Source: Patescibacteria group bacterium (GTDB lineage: Bacteria > Patescibacteriota > Patescibacteriia > UBA10025 > JAHIVO01). From it: a stretch of DNA of 56,894 bases. The stretch lies in the NCBI GenBank assembly GCA_043808365.1, contig JAZDEZ010000001.1:1-56894 (forward strand), read 5' to 3'. Every line of letters begins with the position of its first letter. The first letter of the stretch is position 1. Below, piece after piece: positions 14,129 to 24,357 of this stretch. A program made the translations under genes and the position numbers. The notes beneath the pieces are model-generated. The model saw nothing but the letters and a program-made list of their open reading frames with translations. It did no database searches and had not been told where the DNA came from.

Positions 14129-15182
14129 GCGAGTCTTGCTGATTAGCCGGGCATTCCCGCCGCACGTCGGCGGCATGGAGCGTTTGAGCTACAATGTCAT
14201 TACCGGCGTAAGCCGGCGGATGCCGATCCGAACGATTCTTAACCGGCATGGCAAGCTATGGCTGCCGTTTTTTTTGTTATACGCCTTGATCAAGGCGCTC
14301 CTGGTCAGCCCTCGTATTGACATTGTCCATCTCGGAGATCCGGTTTTAGCCATAGTTGGTTTTTTTATAAAGAAAATTTACCACCGGAAAATATTATTAT
14401 GTACCGTTCATGGGCTGGACCTGTTATATCCCAGCAAGCTCTATCAGTGGTATCTGAAATTTTTTTTAAGTCCGGACAGGATTATTTGCATCAGTCATTA
14501 TACGGCCATGCTGGCCAGACGGGCGGGTTATGCAAATGTAGTCGTAATCCCGCCTGGGCTGGATCCCCGTGATTTCACGGTCAGCGGGCTGTCGGACAAG
14601 CAGGAAGCATTTAGTCATTATTTGATTCCGACAGACAAGAAAGTTATCCTGACGGTCGGCCGCCTGGTAAAGAGGAAGGGCGTGGCATGGTTTATTGAGA
14701 ATGTCTTTATGAAATGCCCTGACGACTGCGTGTATATAGTCGTGGGCGCCGGACCGGAAAAATCGATTATTGCCCAGGCTGTTGCGCGGGCAGGCTTCGG
14801 TCATCGAATTTTTTTATTAGGTCGCGTTAGTCAGCAGGTGCTGAACAGCCTGTATGTTCACGCGGATATTTTTGTCATGCCCAACATCAGCGTGCCGAAT
14901 GACGCGGAGGGTTTTGGTTTTGTCGCGCTGGAGGCGGCGGCGTGGGGGCGGCCGGTTGTGGCCGCCCGGATTGAAGGCATCGTGGACGCGATCGTGCCGG
15001 GTGAAAACGGTATCTTGGTGCGCAGCGAAGATGCCGAGGGATTCGCCGGCGCCATAAGGTCGCTGTTGGCCGATCCGAGAAAGATGAAGGAAATCGGTCA
15101 GAGAGCCAGGGAATTTACTCTGCGGAATTACGATTGGAATGTGATTATTGGCGAATATGTCAGGGAATTTAATTCACTGTAG
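14100..15182 (+). CDS. Family 4 (GT-B) glycosyltransferase
   Basis: C-terminal EGFGFVALEAAAWGRPVVA (E-x7-E region) typical of GT4/GT1 enzymes. Confidence 0.8.
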   Translation: MKKNALSDPRRVLLISRAFPPHVGGMERLSYNVITGVSRRMPIRTILNRHGKLWLPFFLLYALIKALLVSPRIDIVHLGDPVLAIVGFFIKKIYHRKILLCTVHGLDLLYPSKLYQWYLKFFLSPDRIICISHYTAMLARRAGYANVVVIPPGLDPRDFTVSGLSDKQEAFSHYLIPTDKKVILTVGRLVKRKGVAWFIENVFMKCPDDCVYIVVGAGPEKSIIAQAVARAGFGHRIFLLGRVSQQVLNSLYVHADIFVMPNISVPNDAEGFGFVALEAAAWGRPVVAARIEGIVDAIVPGENGILVRSEDAEGFAGAIRSLLADPRKMKEIGQRAREFTLRNYDWNVIIGEYVREFNSL

Positions 15183-15191
15183 AACGGGTTC

Positions 15192-16004
15192 ATGAGCACC
15201 AGTGAACGCCTTATACCAAGCCAGGCACAAGCTGGCGGACGGCAATCCGCACTGTTTTTGCGTCATCTATTCGCGTATGAAAATTTTATTCGTTATTGCC
15301 GTTCCGAATCGATCTGCCTGGATTTTGGCTGTGGTGACGGGTATGGCGCTCGGCTTCTCTCCAACCATGCAAAAAAGGTCATTGGCGTTGACATTGATCC
15401 GGACACGGTTCGCGAAGCGGCGGCACGGTACCAAAAAGAGAACCTTTTTTTTCAAAAGATTGGAAAAAGTATCCTGCCTTTTCCGGATGCGAATTTCAAC
15501 ATCGTAGTGTCCGCCCAGGTCTTGGAGCATCTGTCTGACCCGATGGCGTATCTTCGCGAAGCTCGCCGGGTATTGATGCCGGGCGGGTATTTGTTGCTGG
15601 CTACTCCGAATAAGGCGATGAGGTTGAAAGATCGCAAGAAACCCTGGAACAGGTTTCATGTCCAGGAGTTCACAGCCGAAGAATTAAAGGCGTTGTTGCG
15701 GCAGTTGTTCGACCGGGTGATTATTTTTGGTATCTCGACAAACAACGAATCGCTTCTCCGTGAGGAACTGGCCAGGATCAGATGGCGCAGGCGCGTTCAT
15801 TCGTGGGATATCCTGGGGATCAGACGCTGGATACCAGCCGGAGTTGAATATTGGGTGAGCAGAACAATGCGGTCCATTCATGTAAAGCGATTAACAAAAA
15901 AAGACATCCCTGGTGTTCATAAGGATTATTCGTTGACTGATTATTATTTGGCCACTGAAAATGTGGGTGATTCCTTTGATCTATTTGCGGTGGCTCAGAA
16001 ATGA
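15192..16004 (+). CDS. Class I SAM-dependent methyltransferase
   Basis: Motif I LDFGCGDGYG and the post-I acidic residue (GVDID). Confidence 0.8.
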   Translation: MSTSERLIPSQAQAGGRQSALFLRHLFAYENFIRYCRSESICLDFGCGDGYGARLLSNHAKKVIGVDIDPDTVREAAARYQKENLFFQKIGKSILPFPDANFNIVVSAQVLEHLSDPMAYLREARRVLMPGGYLLLATPNKAMRLKDRKKPWNRFHVQEFTAEELKALLRQLFDRVIIFGISTNNESLLREELARIRWRRRVHSWDILGIRRWIPAGVEYWVSRTMRSIHVKRLTKKDIPGVHKDYSLTDYYLATENVGDSFDLFAVAQK

Positions 16005-16937
16005 TTAATGTGGGCGCGGAGAGTCGTGGTCATGCGGCTGTATTTTATTCCTGATAAGGGCGCTTAAAAAAAAGTTGATCAGTTCCGCGGCCACCAAGAC
16101 CAGCCGAAAAAGTACGGCAGAAATGATAGCGATTGGAGCGCCGACCAGCGCTCCAGCCAAAGTAATAAAGAGCGTTTCCCGCACCCCCAAGCCGGAGGGG
16201 ACGACGAGGATAATAAAGCCGATGATCCAGCTCATGGCGTAGTACGCGATGAGCGGAAGAAAGTGCGCGCTCGGCAAACTACCGCCGATACTGCGGATCA
16301 GGCAGAGCAGTGCCAGGCCATTAGCCAGCCATAAAATGATAAAATAACCCGAGAGGTATCCTGCCACCCGCCAGGGGATTTTGGTGATGGCAATCTCTTT
16401 TTTGAAAAACGTACGATATATGGACGTCCAGATGTTTGGCATAGCTAAAGCGACGACGGATGCCAGGATGAGAATAATTGACAGCAAGGTCAATTGGAGC
16501 GAAGCGGTGGTTGTCGGTCTGATAATCAGGAACAGGGCACTGCCCGAGACGACGGTCAGGATTGATTCGGCAATGGTCAGAAAGAGAACCTGGGTTTTGG
16601 CAAAGCCCAATCGGCTGGTCAGGTAGGCGCGTGAAATAAAATTCCATATCCCACCCGGGATGTACCGGGTAATCAGTGACTGAAAATACGTGGCATACGT
16701 ATCGCGGAAACTGATTGTGGCGTTGAAATGTTTCAGGAGCCGGTGCCAAATGAAGCTTTGGAAAGCCAGAGTACCGGTCGCCGCTGTCAATCCCAGTATC
16801 AGCCAGGGCGCATTGACGGTAGACATGGTTGATCCGATGGCCTGCCAGTTTTCCATAACCACTCGGCCGATATAATACAATGACAGGGCCAAGCAGGCTA
16901 GCGTTATTATTCTTTTTCCCGTTGCTTTTAGATTCAT
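16005..16937 (-). CDS. Flippase-like / lysyl-PG-synthase-TM-like polytopic membrane protein
   Basis: 310 aa, about 8 hydrophobic helices; resembles the family often annotated as flippase-like domain protein; assignment from general pattern only. Confidence 0.5.
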   Translation of the reverse strand: MNLKATGKRIITLACLALSLYYIGRVVMENWQAIGSTMSTVNAPWLILGLTAATGTLAFQSFIWHRLLKHFNATISFRDTYATYFQSLITRYIPGGIWNFISRAYLTSRLGFAKTQVLFLTIAESILTVVSGSALFLIIRPTTTASLQLTLLSIILILASVVALAMPNIWTSIYRTFFKKEIAITKIPWRVAGYLSGYFIILWLANGLALLCLIRSIGGSLPSAHFLPLIAYYAMSWIIGFIILVVPSGLGVRETLFITLAGALVGAPIAIISAVLFRLVLVAAELINFFLSALIRNKIQPHDHDSPRPH

Positions 16938-16991
16938 AGGGTTGGGAAGGTGAAACCCGAACTGAATTTTTTAAAAACCTCTACGCGGATA

Positions 16992-18509
16992 TCACAGAAA
17001 AAATCGAGGTATTAATAAGTTCGTGATGAAAAGCGACTGGGTGAGTATCATGCCGGAAAACAGGAGCGCTGCCAGCCATCGTTGCCATCGTTTCGGCATG
17101 ATTTGCCACCACCCCAACATCCAGCATAGCATAACCACGGAAATGACGGGAAAGTAGTAGCGTCCCTCAACGGGGAATGAATACACTCCGTATCCTAACA
17201 AATTATGTAAAAATAGGTACAAGTACAGCGCCTCGAGCAGAATAACGGGCAACACTAAAAAACCATATAACCAATAAAACTGGCAGTTTCCTTTTTTATA
17301 TTGGCGGACAAGCTGGTAAAAGAATAACAACAGTCCGCTAACGATAGTTAAGGTTCCGGGGATGATAATCCAGATCGGCAATCCGGAGGCGTTGGAGAAA
17401 GTCAGGTTAAAGAAAAATGTGACGAAACTGTACGTGTATTTAATGAAAATGAGGTAAGCATAGTGGCCGAACGGCAGATGAAGCATTGACTGGTTAATTG
17501 CCGGTTGCGACGGCGGTCCTATTAAACTCCCGTATTGGATAATATTCCAGATAAACCACCAGCTGCTGACAAGAATGATTACGCCTGCTATTGAAAGTAA
17601 GTGCCGAATAAGTATTTTAATAGGCGTTAAAAGTTTGAAATACTGGTAGGCAAAAGGAATCAATACTAATGGCAGGAAAACGATGAATTGCGGCTTTGAC
17701 AGCAGGCCGAGTCCAAGCGTCAGGCCAAGGAAAACGACATCGCGGAGGCGGATTGAGGAAAACAATTTTAAACAGAAAAAGATCGCCAAGCTAGCGCACA
17801 GGGTGAGGAGGGCGTCGTTATTGACCCCGGAGGCGACACTGGAGAATATCGGCTGGAAACCGATTACGGCGGCGACGGTAAAGGCCAGCCAAAAATTATC
17901 CTTTATTCGTCTGGCGATTTTATAGCATACAAAGACCGTCAGTAAGAAAAAAATTGCGGAAAATATCCGCATGGCGTAGAGGCGGGCGAATATACCTGAG
18001 TCGTAAAATAACAGGTAGGGAATACTTTCCAGCAAATAATAGACAGGAGGGTATATGGCCGCATTATTTTTGTACTCGCCGGACGGGGGGATGGCATACG
18101 GTGAATTATCCGGAGGTGAAACCTGGGCCGGATCAGTGATCGGTAGCCGACCAAGGCCTCTCAATAATTTTGATTCATTTTTTAGGTTGGCAATCGATTC
18201 CCTGAATGAATGATAGGAAATTCTATCTGCTCGTCGATTATAGAGGTATTTGATTCCTTCCCAAGCTTCGATACTGGGAGAGACTTGATAAGCGGAAATG
18301 ACAGATCCTTGGAATACCGGTAATTTTTTTTGTTCCACGATGTATTGCGTATATGAGAAATGGGCTACTTCATCATGGTTGCCAAACGGCAGGGTTAACA
18401 ATGAAAGCCCCACCTGTTTGATGGCCAAAATGACAAACAGCGCCATTATCAAGCCGATCTGGAGATGTCGGGTTGGCGAAGAAATGTTATGTGGTGTGGT
18501 CTGGGTCAT
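16992..18509 (-). CDS. Polytopic GT-C-like (ArnT/PMT-like) membrane glycosyltransferase candidate, paralog 1
   Basis: Start moved to MTQTTPHN (ATG at 18509) to avoid a 197-nt overlap; N-terminal HDEVAHFSYTQYIVEQKKLP, then >10 TM helices. Confidence 0.55.
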   Translation of the reverse strand: MTQTTPHNISSPTRHLQIGLIMALFVILAIKQVGLSLLTLPFGNHDEVAHFSYTQYIVEQKKLPVFQGSVISAYQVSPSIEAWEGIKYLYNRRADRISYHSFRESIANLKNESKLLRGLGRLPITDPAQVSPPDNSPYAIPPSGEYKNNAAIYPPVYYLLESIPYLLFYDSGIFARLYAMRIFSAIFFLLTVFVCYKIARRIKDNFWLAFTVAAVIGFQPIFSSVASGVNNDALLTLCASLAIFFCLKLFSSIRLRDVVFLGLTLGLGLLSKPQFIVFLPLVLIPFAYQYFKLLTPIKILIRHLLSIAGVIILVSSWWFIWNIIQYGSLIGPPSQPAINQSMLHLPFGHYAYLIFIKYTYSFVTFFFNLTFSNASGLPIWIIIPGTLTIVSGLLLFFYQLVRQYKKGNCQFYWLYGFLVLPVILLEALYLYLFLHNLLGYGVYSFPVEGRYYFPVISVVMLCWMLGWWQIMPKRWQRWLAALLFSGMILTQSLFITNLLIPRFFL

Positions 18510-19191
18510 CAGTAATGAAGGTAAAAGTAAGCCAGGCGACAACACCCATAGTGCATATGTACAATATAACAATAAGAATAATGATCGTAGTTTGATGGCC
18601 CCATATTCCAGGCTTGGCATAGGCAAGGCGTTCAATAGCCGTGCGCCAAAAATGAGGCGTGTAATATTGCCAATCAACAACAAGGCGTTGACCTGTCTGC
18701 GGCCCGCCGTTTATTAAAAGTTCGCCTCCGTCATATCTGGCCGGGTCGATCGTGAGGAATTTTTGTACCGTTTCGCCAGTATGCCCGCTCATTTCCAGCC
18801 AATAGTTTTTTCCAGTTGAGTCGTCGAGCGGAGCAAAAGTCCAGGTGATCGGTACCGCAACAGTGGCCTGGGGTATCGGCAAAGTAGTTTCCCTGAGTAT
18901 GGCTTGCCCTGTTTCTGCCGTCAGAGTCAGGCGGATCCTGCTGTTTTTTTGCGACTCGATCGGGATGGTAATGCGGGCCAAGCGTGGTTGGGATGCCACC
19001 AGCAGCTGTTTGATGTCATAATCGCTGTTTGGCTGGATACTGTAGAGCTCGGTACCACGGTAGCCGGATAATCCCGCGCCTTCTACGTCAATGTAGTGTT
19101 GACCATAAAAAGTACTGAAACCAATTATTGCCATTGCAGTCGCGACAACCAGGGTTATGATACTGGCGATAACAATCCTTTTGGTGATCAT
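18487..19191 (-). CDS. Membrane-anchored hypothetical protein
   Basis: MITKRIVIASIITLVVATAMAII anchor, then a beta-rich domain; ATGA start/stop overlap with the upstream gene. Confidence 0.55.
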   Translation of the reverse strand: MITKRIVIASIITLVVATAMAIIGFSTFYGQHYIDVEGAGLSGYRGTELYSIQPNSDYDIKQLLVASQPRLARITIPIESQKNSRIRLTLTAETGQAILRETTLPIPQATVAVPITWTFAPLDDSTGKNYWLEMSGHTGETVQKFLTIDPARYDGGELLINGGPQTGQRLVVDWQYYTPHFWRTAIERLAYAKPGIWGHQTTIIILIVILYICTMGVVAWLTFTFITDDPDHTT

Positions 19192-20690
19192 AGGTAAAAA
19201 TGCGGCCAAATAATATTGACGAGAGCGACGGCGTTAATAGTGACGGCATAGAGCACGATGGTCATGAACGCGATTTTTTTCCATCGGGCTGGCAGCCAGT
19301 GCGTTGCCCCCCATACGAATGCCAAACAAATAGGAAATAGTACCGGGACATAATACCGGCCGTCGATCGGGAAGCGGGCCGTGCCGTTGGCGATCAGTCC
19401 GCGGGTAAACAGGAACAGGAGGAATAATTCCAGAAGCAGGATTGCGCTCGCGCATAGCAGTATGTTATGGCGTGAAGCCGGCAGCATGCGTTTCCATTTA
19501 CGGAGTAGTCCAATAATGAGGCTAGGCATTGTTAGCATCCACAAGATCACGCCGATGGCGAACAGCCAGATCGGGATGACCATTTCCGTGGCAAAGCCGA
19601 AAGCAAAATTGAAACTGACGAAAGCATACATCCAGCGGTAGACAATGAATACTAATGCGGCCCTGAACCCGATATGCGAAACGTCATTCACTCCGGCCGC
19701 TGTAGACACGATTCCATTATCCTGGCTGTAAGCCCAGGCATACCACCAGCCGCCGACTATCAAGGCAATGAGCCCGACCGTCATAAGCATCAGGACAGCG
19801 GTTTTTTTGTTTAAAACTTTTTTTATCCAGACATGGAATGCATAAGGCAAGACTGCCAGCGGCAGGAAAACGATAAACTGCGGTTTTGTCATCAATCCCA
19901 TCCCAAGCGTCAGTCCCAAGAGGACGGTCAGTGGCCAGGAAATTTTTTCATTCAGCCTGACCAGTAAATAGAGAGTGAGAGTGGTCAGTAGGAACAGGAG
20001 AATTTCATTATTTACGCCGGCTGCGAGGTGGCTGAAGACGGGCAATAATCCCGCTAGGAGGACAACGGAGATGCTGATCGAAAAACGTTTAGTCACGCGC
20101 ATGACCATTAGGTATCCGATCCAGAGCGCGACTAGGTAGAGTACCCCCGAAAATAACCGCATGGCCATTAAGCGGGTCAAGATATCGGCTTTATACGCCA
20201 TCAGGTAGGGTATCGCTTCGGCAATATAATACAGCGGCGGGTAGACGGCCGAGGAATTTTGGTACTTATCTTGAGTCGGCAGCCGATAATATATGTCAGT
20301 GAATTCCGATGGCGCGTTTGAGCGTTGCAGGGGGTGCCGTGACAATCCGCTGTATTGGGAGGCCAGCGTCTGGTATTGAAAAAAGGCGGCATTAAAGCGC
20401 TGGTGGATGAGCCGCAGTTGTTTATTATGGGCGTTCATGAGACGGGAAGCGTCTGTCGCGATTTCAGAAGCGGCGTATTCAGCCGAGTAAGAGAGAGTTT
20501 TTGGTTCGATGGCCCCTGTCTGGTTTGGCAGCTTTTTTTCTTCAACAATATATTGGGTGTATGAAAAGTGGGCCGGTTCGTCATGGCCCTGCCAAGGAGG
20601 TATGGAAATGACAAAAAGCAGTTGTTTCACTGCCAAGAAAATAAAGATAGCGACAAGAAGCAACGTCCTTTGATTTTTTTTGTCCAACAC
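19188..20690 (-). CDS. Polytopic GT-C-like membrane glycosyltransferase candidate, paralog 2
   Basis: HDEPAHFSYTQYIVEEKKLP and KPQFIVFLPL blocks shared with 16992-18509; GTG start. Confidence 0.55.
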   Translation of the reverse strand: MLDKKNQRTLLLVAIFIFLAVKQLLFVISIPPWQGHDEPAHFSYTQYIVEEKKLPNQTGAIEPKTLSYSAEYAASEIATDASRLMNAHNKQLRLIHQRFNAAFFQYQTLASQYSGLSRHPLQRSNAPSEFTDIYYRLPTQDKYQNSSAVYPPLYYIAEAIPYLMAYKADILTRLMAMRLFSGVLYLVALWIGYLMVMRVTKRFSISISVVLLAGLLPVFSHLAAGVNNEILLFLLTTLTLYLLVRLNEKISWPLTVLLGLTLGMGLMTKPQFIVFLPLAVLPYAFHVWIKKVLNKKTAVLMLMTVGLIALIVGGWWYAWAYSQDNGIVSTAAGVNDVSHIGFRAALVFIVYRWMYAFVSFNFAFGFATEMVIPIWLFAIGVILWMLTMPSLIIGLLRKWKRMLPASRHNILLCASAILLLELFLLFLFTRGLIANGTARFPIDGRYYVPVLFPICLAFVWGATHWLPARWKKIAFMTIVLYAVTINAVALVNIIWPHFYL

Positions 20691-20810
20691 GAGAGTAATA
20701 GGTAAAGATTAGCCAGTTCATTATATCCTTTTTTATGGATATATTCTAATGCATTGACCTTTACAAAATCAAAAAAATGTGTTACAATTACACTATCGTA
20801 ATAAAAAAAT

Positions 20811-21206
20811 ATGGCAGAAGGAAGAATCATATTAGCCCCGATCAAATATATCGCCATTGAAGTGATCTGGGACATCATCTATTTTCCGATTTGGTGGTAT
20901 TCAAAGGGTCTTGTGCGTGTAGCCAAATACTGCCTGACCAGCGCTTCGATTCATATCAATCGCCGTTTAGCGATAGGCGTTTGGGTGCGCAGCATGTTTA
21001 AGCCGATGTACGGCGATTATACCAAGGAAGGCCGGATCATCAGCTTTTTCATGCGCATCGTTGTCCTGATATATAAATTAATACTACTCGTTGTCTGGCT
21101 GGCCGTATTGCTGGTTATTTTTATATTATGGATTGTCCTGCCGTTATTCATAATCTACTACATGCTGTACCAGGTGTTCGGGATTTCTTTTGTTTTTTTC
21201 AAGTAA
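20811..21206 (+). CDS. Hypothetical small membrane protein
   Basis: 131 aa with hydrophobic helices (VVLIYKLILLVVWLAVLLVIFILWIVLPLFIIYYMLY). Confidence 0.55.
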   Translation: MAEGRIILAPIKYIAIEVIWDIIYFPIWWYSKGLVRVAKYCLTSASIHINRRLAIGVWVRSMFKPMYGDYTKEGRIISFFMRIVVLIYKLILLVVWLAVLLVIFILWIVLPLFIIYYMLYQVFGISFVFFK

Positions 21207-21212
21207 ATTTTC

Positions 21213-23975
21213 ATGAATAAACCAGAGGGAAAAAGTTACGTCAACCTCATCTGCCCGATTTGCCAGGGCAGCGGCCGGGATTCGGGTGGTGCCTGCAAGC
21301 GTTGCGGCGGCCGCGGAGCCTATGCCTGGCTTGAGGGTACGGTATTGTTTTGGGGCCGAACTATTGACCGCCTGCGTCTTTTCGAAGAGGAGATGGAGCG
21401 GGCGGTAAAGGGGATTCTGAACGCGTTTTTGATTTTTTTCGGCATCATCGGCATCGTCGCCCTGATCATGGCTTTTTTGGATTTCGAAGATACGGCTCAT
21501 ATTTGGAATATCTTCAGGGAACAGAACCGCCTGATGGCGATTTTTTCCATCACGTTAGTAGCCGATCTTTATACCTATTATCGGATGCAGCGTGAATCAT
21601 TTATCGATCGGGCGGTAAAAACCAAGCCGTTTGACACGCTATTGACCGAGTCGGAGCCGTCCGTATTGTTTGATCAGGCTGCCGCGACCAATAAAAAAAA
21701 GCTGGTGGACGTTTCAATTGCCTATGCGGTACCGGCGCATCGGGCGATCGGCCAGGCCTGGCAGCTGGCCAAGCGGCTCGGGCATGGCACGACAGAACCG
21801 ATCCATGTGCTGGCGACGCTGATGTCGTATCCCCAAACCGGCGAAGTGCTGGCCCGGCTCGGGGTGGACGGGAAAAAACTGGTGGAAATGATCACCAGAA
21901 GCTTGGCCCGATTGGCCCGCGTCCAGAAACCATCCGCGATAATGTCGCCAGTATTGCGTCCAGTGCTGTTGGCCGCATATGATGAAGCCTACCACGCGCG
22001 ACAGGAGCATGTGGAAGTCCAGCATATTTTCGTGGCTATCATTAAAAATGATGAAATCAGCCGTGAAATTTTTTATGACCTGGAAGTCGAGCAGGAACAG
22101 ATCGTCAATGCCGTCGAGTGGCTGAATATCCAGACTCGCTTGTCAGAAGGGTACCGGCGGTGGCGCAGCAAGGCCGCCTACAAATCAAAGGGCGTCATGA
22201 ACCGCGCCATGACATCGCAGGCCACGCCTCTCCTGGACCGGTTCAGCCATGATTTGACCAGTCAGGCCCGGCAGGGCGCGCTGGCGCCATGCATCGGCCG
22301 CGACCGTGAAATCGAATCAGTGTTGCGGATCATGGAAGGCGGGAAAAATGTTATTTTAACAGGCTTCCCCGGGGTCGGCAAAACGAGCCTTATTGAAGGC
22401 ATTGCCGCGCTGATGGCCGCGGAGGACGTGCCGGACGTTTTGCGGGACCGCCGATTGATAAGTTTATCAGTCGCTTCGCTTGTCGGCGCGGCCGGCCGCC
22501 AGGGAGAGCTCGAGGGATTGATCATGCAACTGATAAATGAAATTGTCCGCTCCGGCAATATTGTGTTATTCATCGATAATATCCAGAACATGGTCGGCGT
22601 GTCCACGCAGGGCGCTGAAAATCTGGATATTGCCGATATACTCGCCAACGCCTTATCAAAGCGGATGTTTTTTGCCATTGCCACGGCCACACCGCTTGAC
22701 TACCGGCGGTATATCGAACCGAGCGGAACTCTCAATTCCGTCTTCCAAAAGGTGGAAGTGACCGAACCGGATATCAACGGCTCAATCCTCATCCTCGAAG
22801 GTAAGTCCGGGTCTGTTGAGGCAAAAAACCAAATATTTTTTTCTTACGCCTCCATCGAGCGCATCGTCAAGCTGGCTGACCGGTACATCCATGACCGGTT
22901 CCAGCCGGAGAAGTCCATCGCCATACTGGATGAAGTGGCCGTTTATGTCCGCCGGAAAAAGGGAAAGAACAGCATGGTGACCGCAGAAGACGTGGCGGAG
23001 ATCGTCTCTACCAAGACAAACGTGCCTGTTACCAAAATCACTGAAAAGGAAACTGAAAAATTGTTAAATTTAGAAGAGCGCATCCATGAACGCATGGTTG
23101 ACCAGGAGGAAGCGGTCAAGGCCGTCGCCACGGCCTTGCGGCGGGCCCGGGCGGAATTGCGCGATATCCGCCGGCCGATCGTAAATTTGCTTTTCCTCGG
23201 GCCGACCGGCGTCGGCAAAACGGAACTGGCCAAGACCGTGGCCGAAGTGTATTTCGGTTCGGAAAAAAACATGATCCGGCTGGATATGTCAGAATACCAG
23301 GAAAAATCCTCTTTAGCCCGCATGATCGGAGCGCCGCCGGGTTATAGCGGTTCATCAGAAGGCGGTTTCTTGACCGAAGCGGTGCGGCGCCAGCCATTCT
23401 CATTAATTCTGCTTGATGAAATTGAAAAAGCCCATCCTGACATCTTGAACATTTTTTTGCAAGTGATGGATGACGGCCGCTTGACCGATACGCTTGGGCG
23501 GACGATTGATTTTACCAATGTGATTTTAATCGCGACCTCAAACGCCGGGACGGCACTGATCCAAAAACGTATGCAGGAGAACGCTTCCCAAGCCGCCATC
23601 AAGGATGAATTGATGAATGAAGAATTGAAACCATATTTCCGGCCGGAATTTTTAAACCGTTTTGACAATATCGTCGTATTCAAGCCGCTGTCGTTTGAAG
23701 ATATCATTAAGATTGTCGGATTGATGCTGAAACAGGTGAACCAGAGATTGAACGCAAAAGGCATCCGTCTTGAGGCGACTGACGAAGCCAAACAGGAACT
23801 GGCTCAGCAGGGTTTTGACCCGATCTTCGGAGCGCGGCCTTTACGGCGGGCTATCCAGGATACCGTGGACAATGCCCTGGCTAATTATTTGCTCCAAGGA
23901 AAACTTAGCCGTCGTGATGTAGCGGTGCTGGAAGCGGGCGGTAAGATTACCGTGCGCGAGGCATCGCCGTTGTAA
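21213..23975 (+). CDS. Clp/Hsp100-type double AAA+ ATPase with N-terminal zinc finger and two TM helices
   Basis: CPICQGSGR...CKRCGGRG, two hydrophobic helices, two Clp_N-like repeats, D1 Walker A GFPGVGKTS, D1 Walker B LFIDNIQ (E replaced by N), D2 GPTGVGKTE and LLDEIEKAH; no long M-domain and no IGF/IGL loop seen. Confidence 0.85.
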   Translation: MNKPEGKSYVNLICPICQGSGRDSGGACKRCGGRGAYAWLEGTVLFWGRTIDRLRLFEEEMERAVKGILNAFLIFFGIIGIVALIMAFLDFEDTAHIWNIFREQNRLMAIFSITLVADLYTYYRMQRESFIDRAVKTKPFDTLLTESEPSVLFDQAAATNKKKLVDVSIAYAVPAHRAIGQAWQLAKRLGHGTTEPIHVLATLMSYPQTGEVLARLGVDGKKLVEMITRSLARLARVQKPSAIMSPVLRPVLLAAYDEAYHARQEHVEVQHIFVAIIKNDEISREIFYDLEVEQEQIVNAVEWLNIQTRLSEGYRRWRSKAAYKSKGVMNRAMTSQATPLLDRFSHDLTSQARQGALAPCIGRDREIESVLRIMEGGKNVILTGFPGVGKTSLIEGIAALMAAEDVPDVLRDRRLISLSVASLVGAAGRQGELEGLIMQLINEIVRSGNIVLFIDNIQNMVGVSTQGAENLDIADILANALSKRMFFAIATATPLDYRRYIEPSGTLNSVFQKVEVTEPDINGSILILEGKSGSVEAKNQIFFSYASIERIVKLADRYIHDRFQPEKSIAILDEVAVYVRRKKGKNSMVTAEDVAEIVSTKTNVPVTKITEKETEKLLNLEERIHERMVDQEEAVKAVATALRRARAELRDIRRPIVNLLFLGPTGVGKTELAKTVAEVYFGSEKNMIRLDMSEYQEKSSLARMIGAPPGYSGSSEGGFLTEAVRRQPFSLILLDEIEKAHPDILNIFLQVMDDGRLTDTLGRTIDFTNVILIATSNAGTALIQKRMQENASQAAIKDELMNEELKPYFRPEFLNRFDNIVVFKPLSFEDIIKIVGLMLKQVNQRLNAKGIRLEATDEAKQELAQQGFDPIFGARPLRRAIQDTVDNALANYLLQGKLSRRDVAVLEAGGKITVREASPL

Positions 23976-24167
23976 TAAATAAAAAATAAATAAGGACAGA
24001 ATATGAGAGAATCATTTGAATCGTATGACCCATCGAGAGAAAAGGCTTATACGCTGTTGACTGAACAGGATATGTCGTGATGGTATGAGCTTGAGTCAGC
24101 GCGATTTCGAGGTGCGATGAGGGGGAAATTGGATTCTCTAACTCCGGATGATCAGCAAAAAAAAGAT

Positions 24168-24234
24168 GACCCGACTGAAGTCGGTAAGAAGGGAGAAACA
24201 GTGTTATTATTCTTAGCTACTTTTGTGGCGTCAC
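24168..24234 (+). repeat. REP-like module A upstream of the RAYT gene
   Basis: GACCCGACTGAAGTCGGTAAGAA (palindrome CCGACTGAAGTCGG) ... TTCTTAGCTACTTTTGTGGCGTCAC; related to 24911-24933 and 25030-25076. Confidence 0.6.
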
Positions 24235-24287
24235 TTTATAACAATGATCGAGCTGAAGCCGGTAAGAAATTCATAGCCACTTTCCTG

Positions 24288-24325
24288 TCCGCCATTGGCT
24301 TCGCCAAAGGCGAAGGCAGGCGGGA
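24288..24325. repeat. GC-rich nested hairpin (REP-like)
   Basis: TCCGCC attgg CTTCGCC aaa GGCGAAG gca GGCGGA; same design as 2879-2910. Confidence 0.5.
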
Positions 24326-24357
24326 GTGGCGTAGTTCAAGACGGCAAGTAAAGGTGT

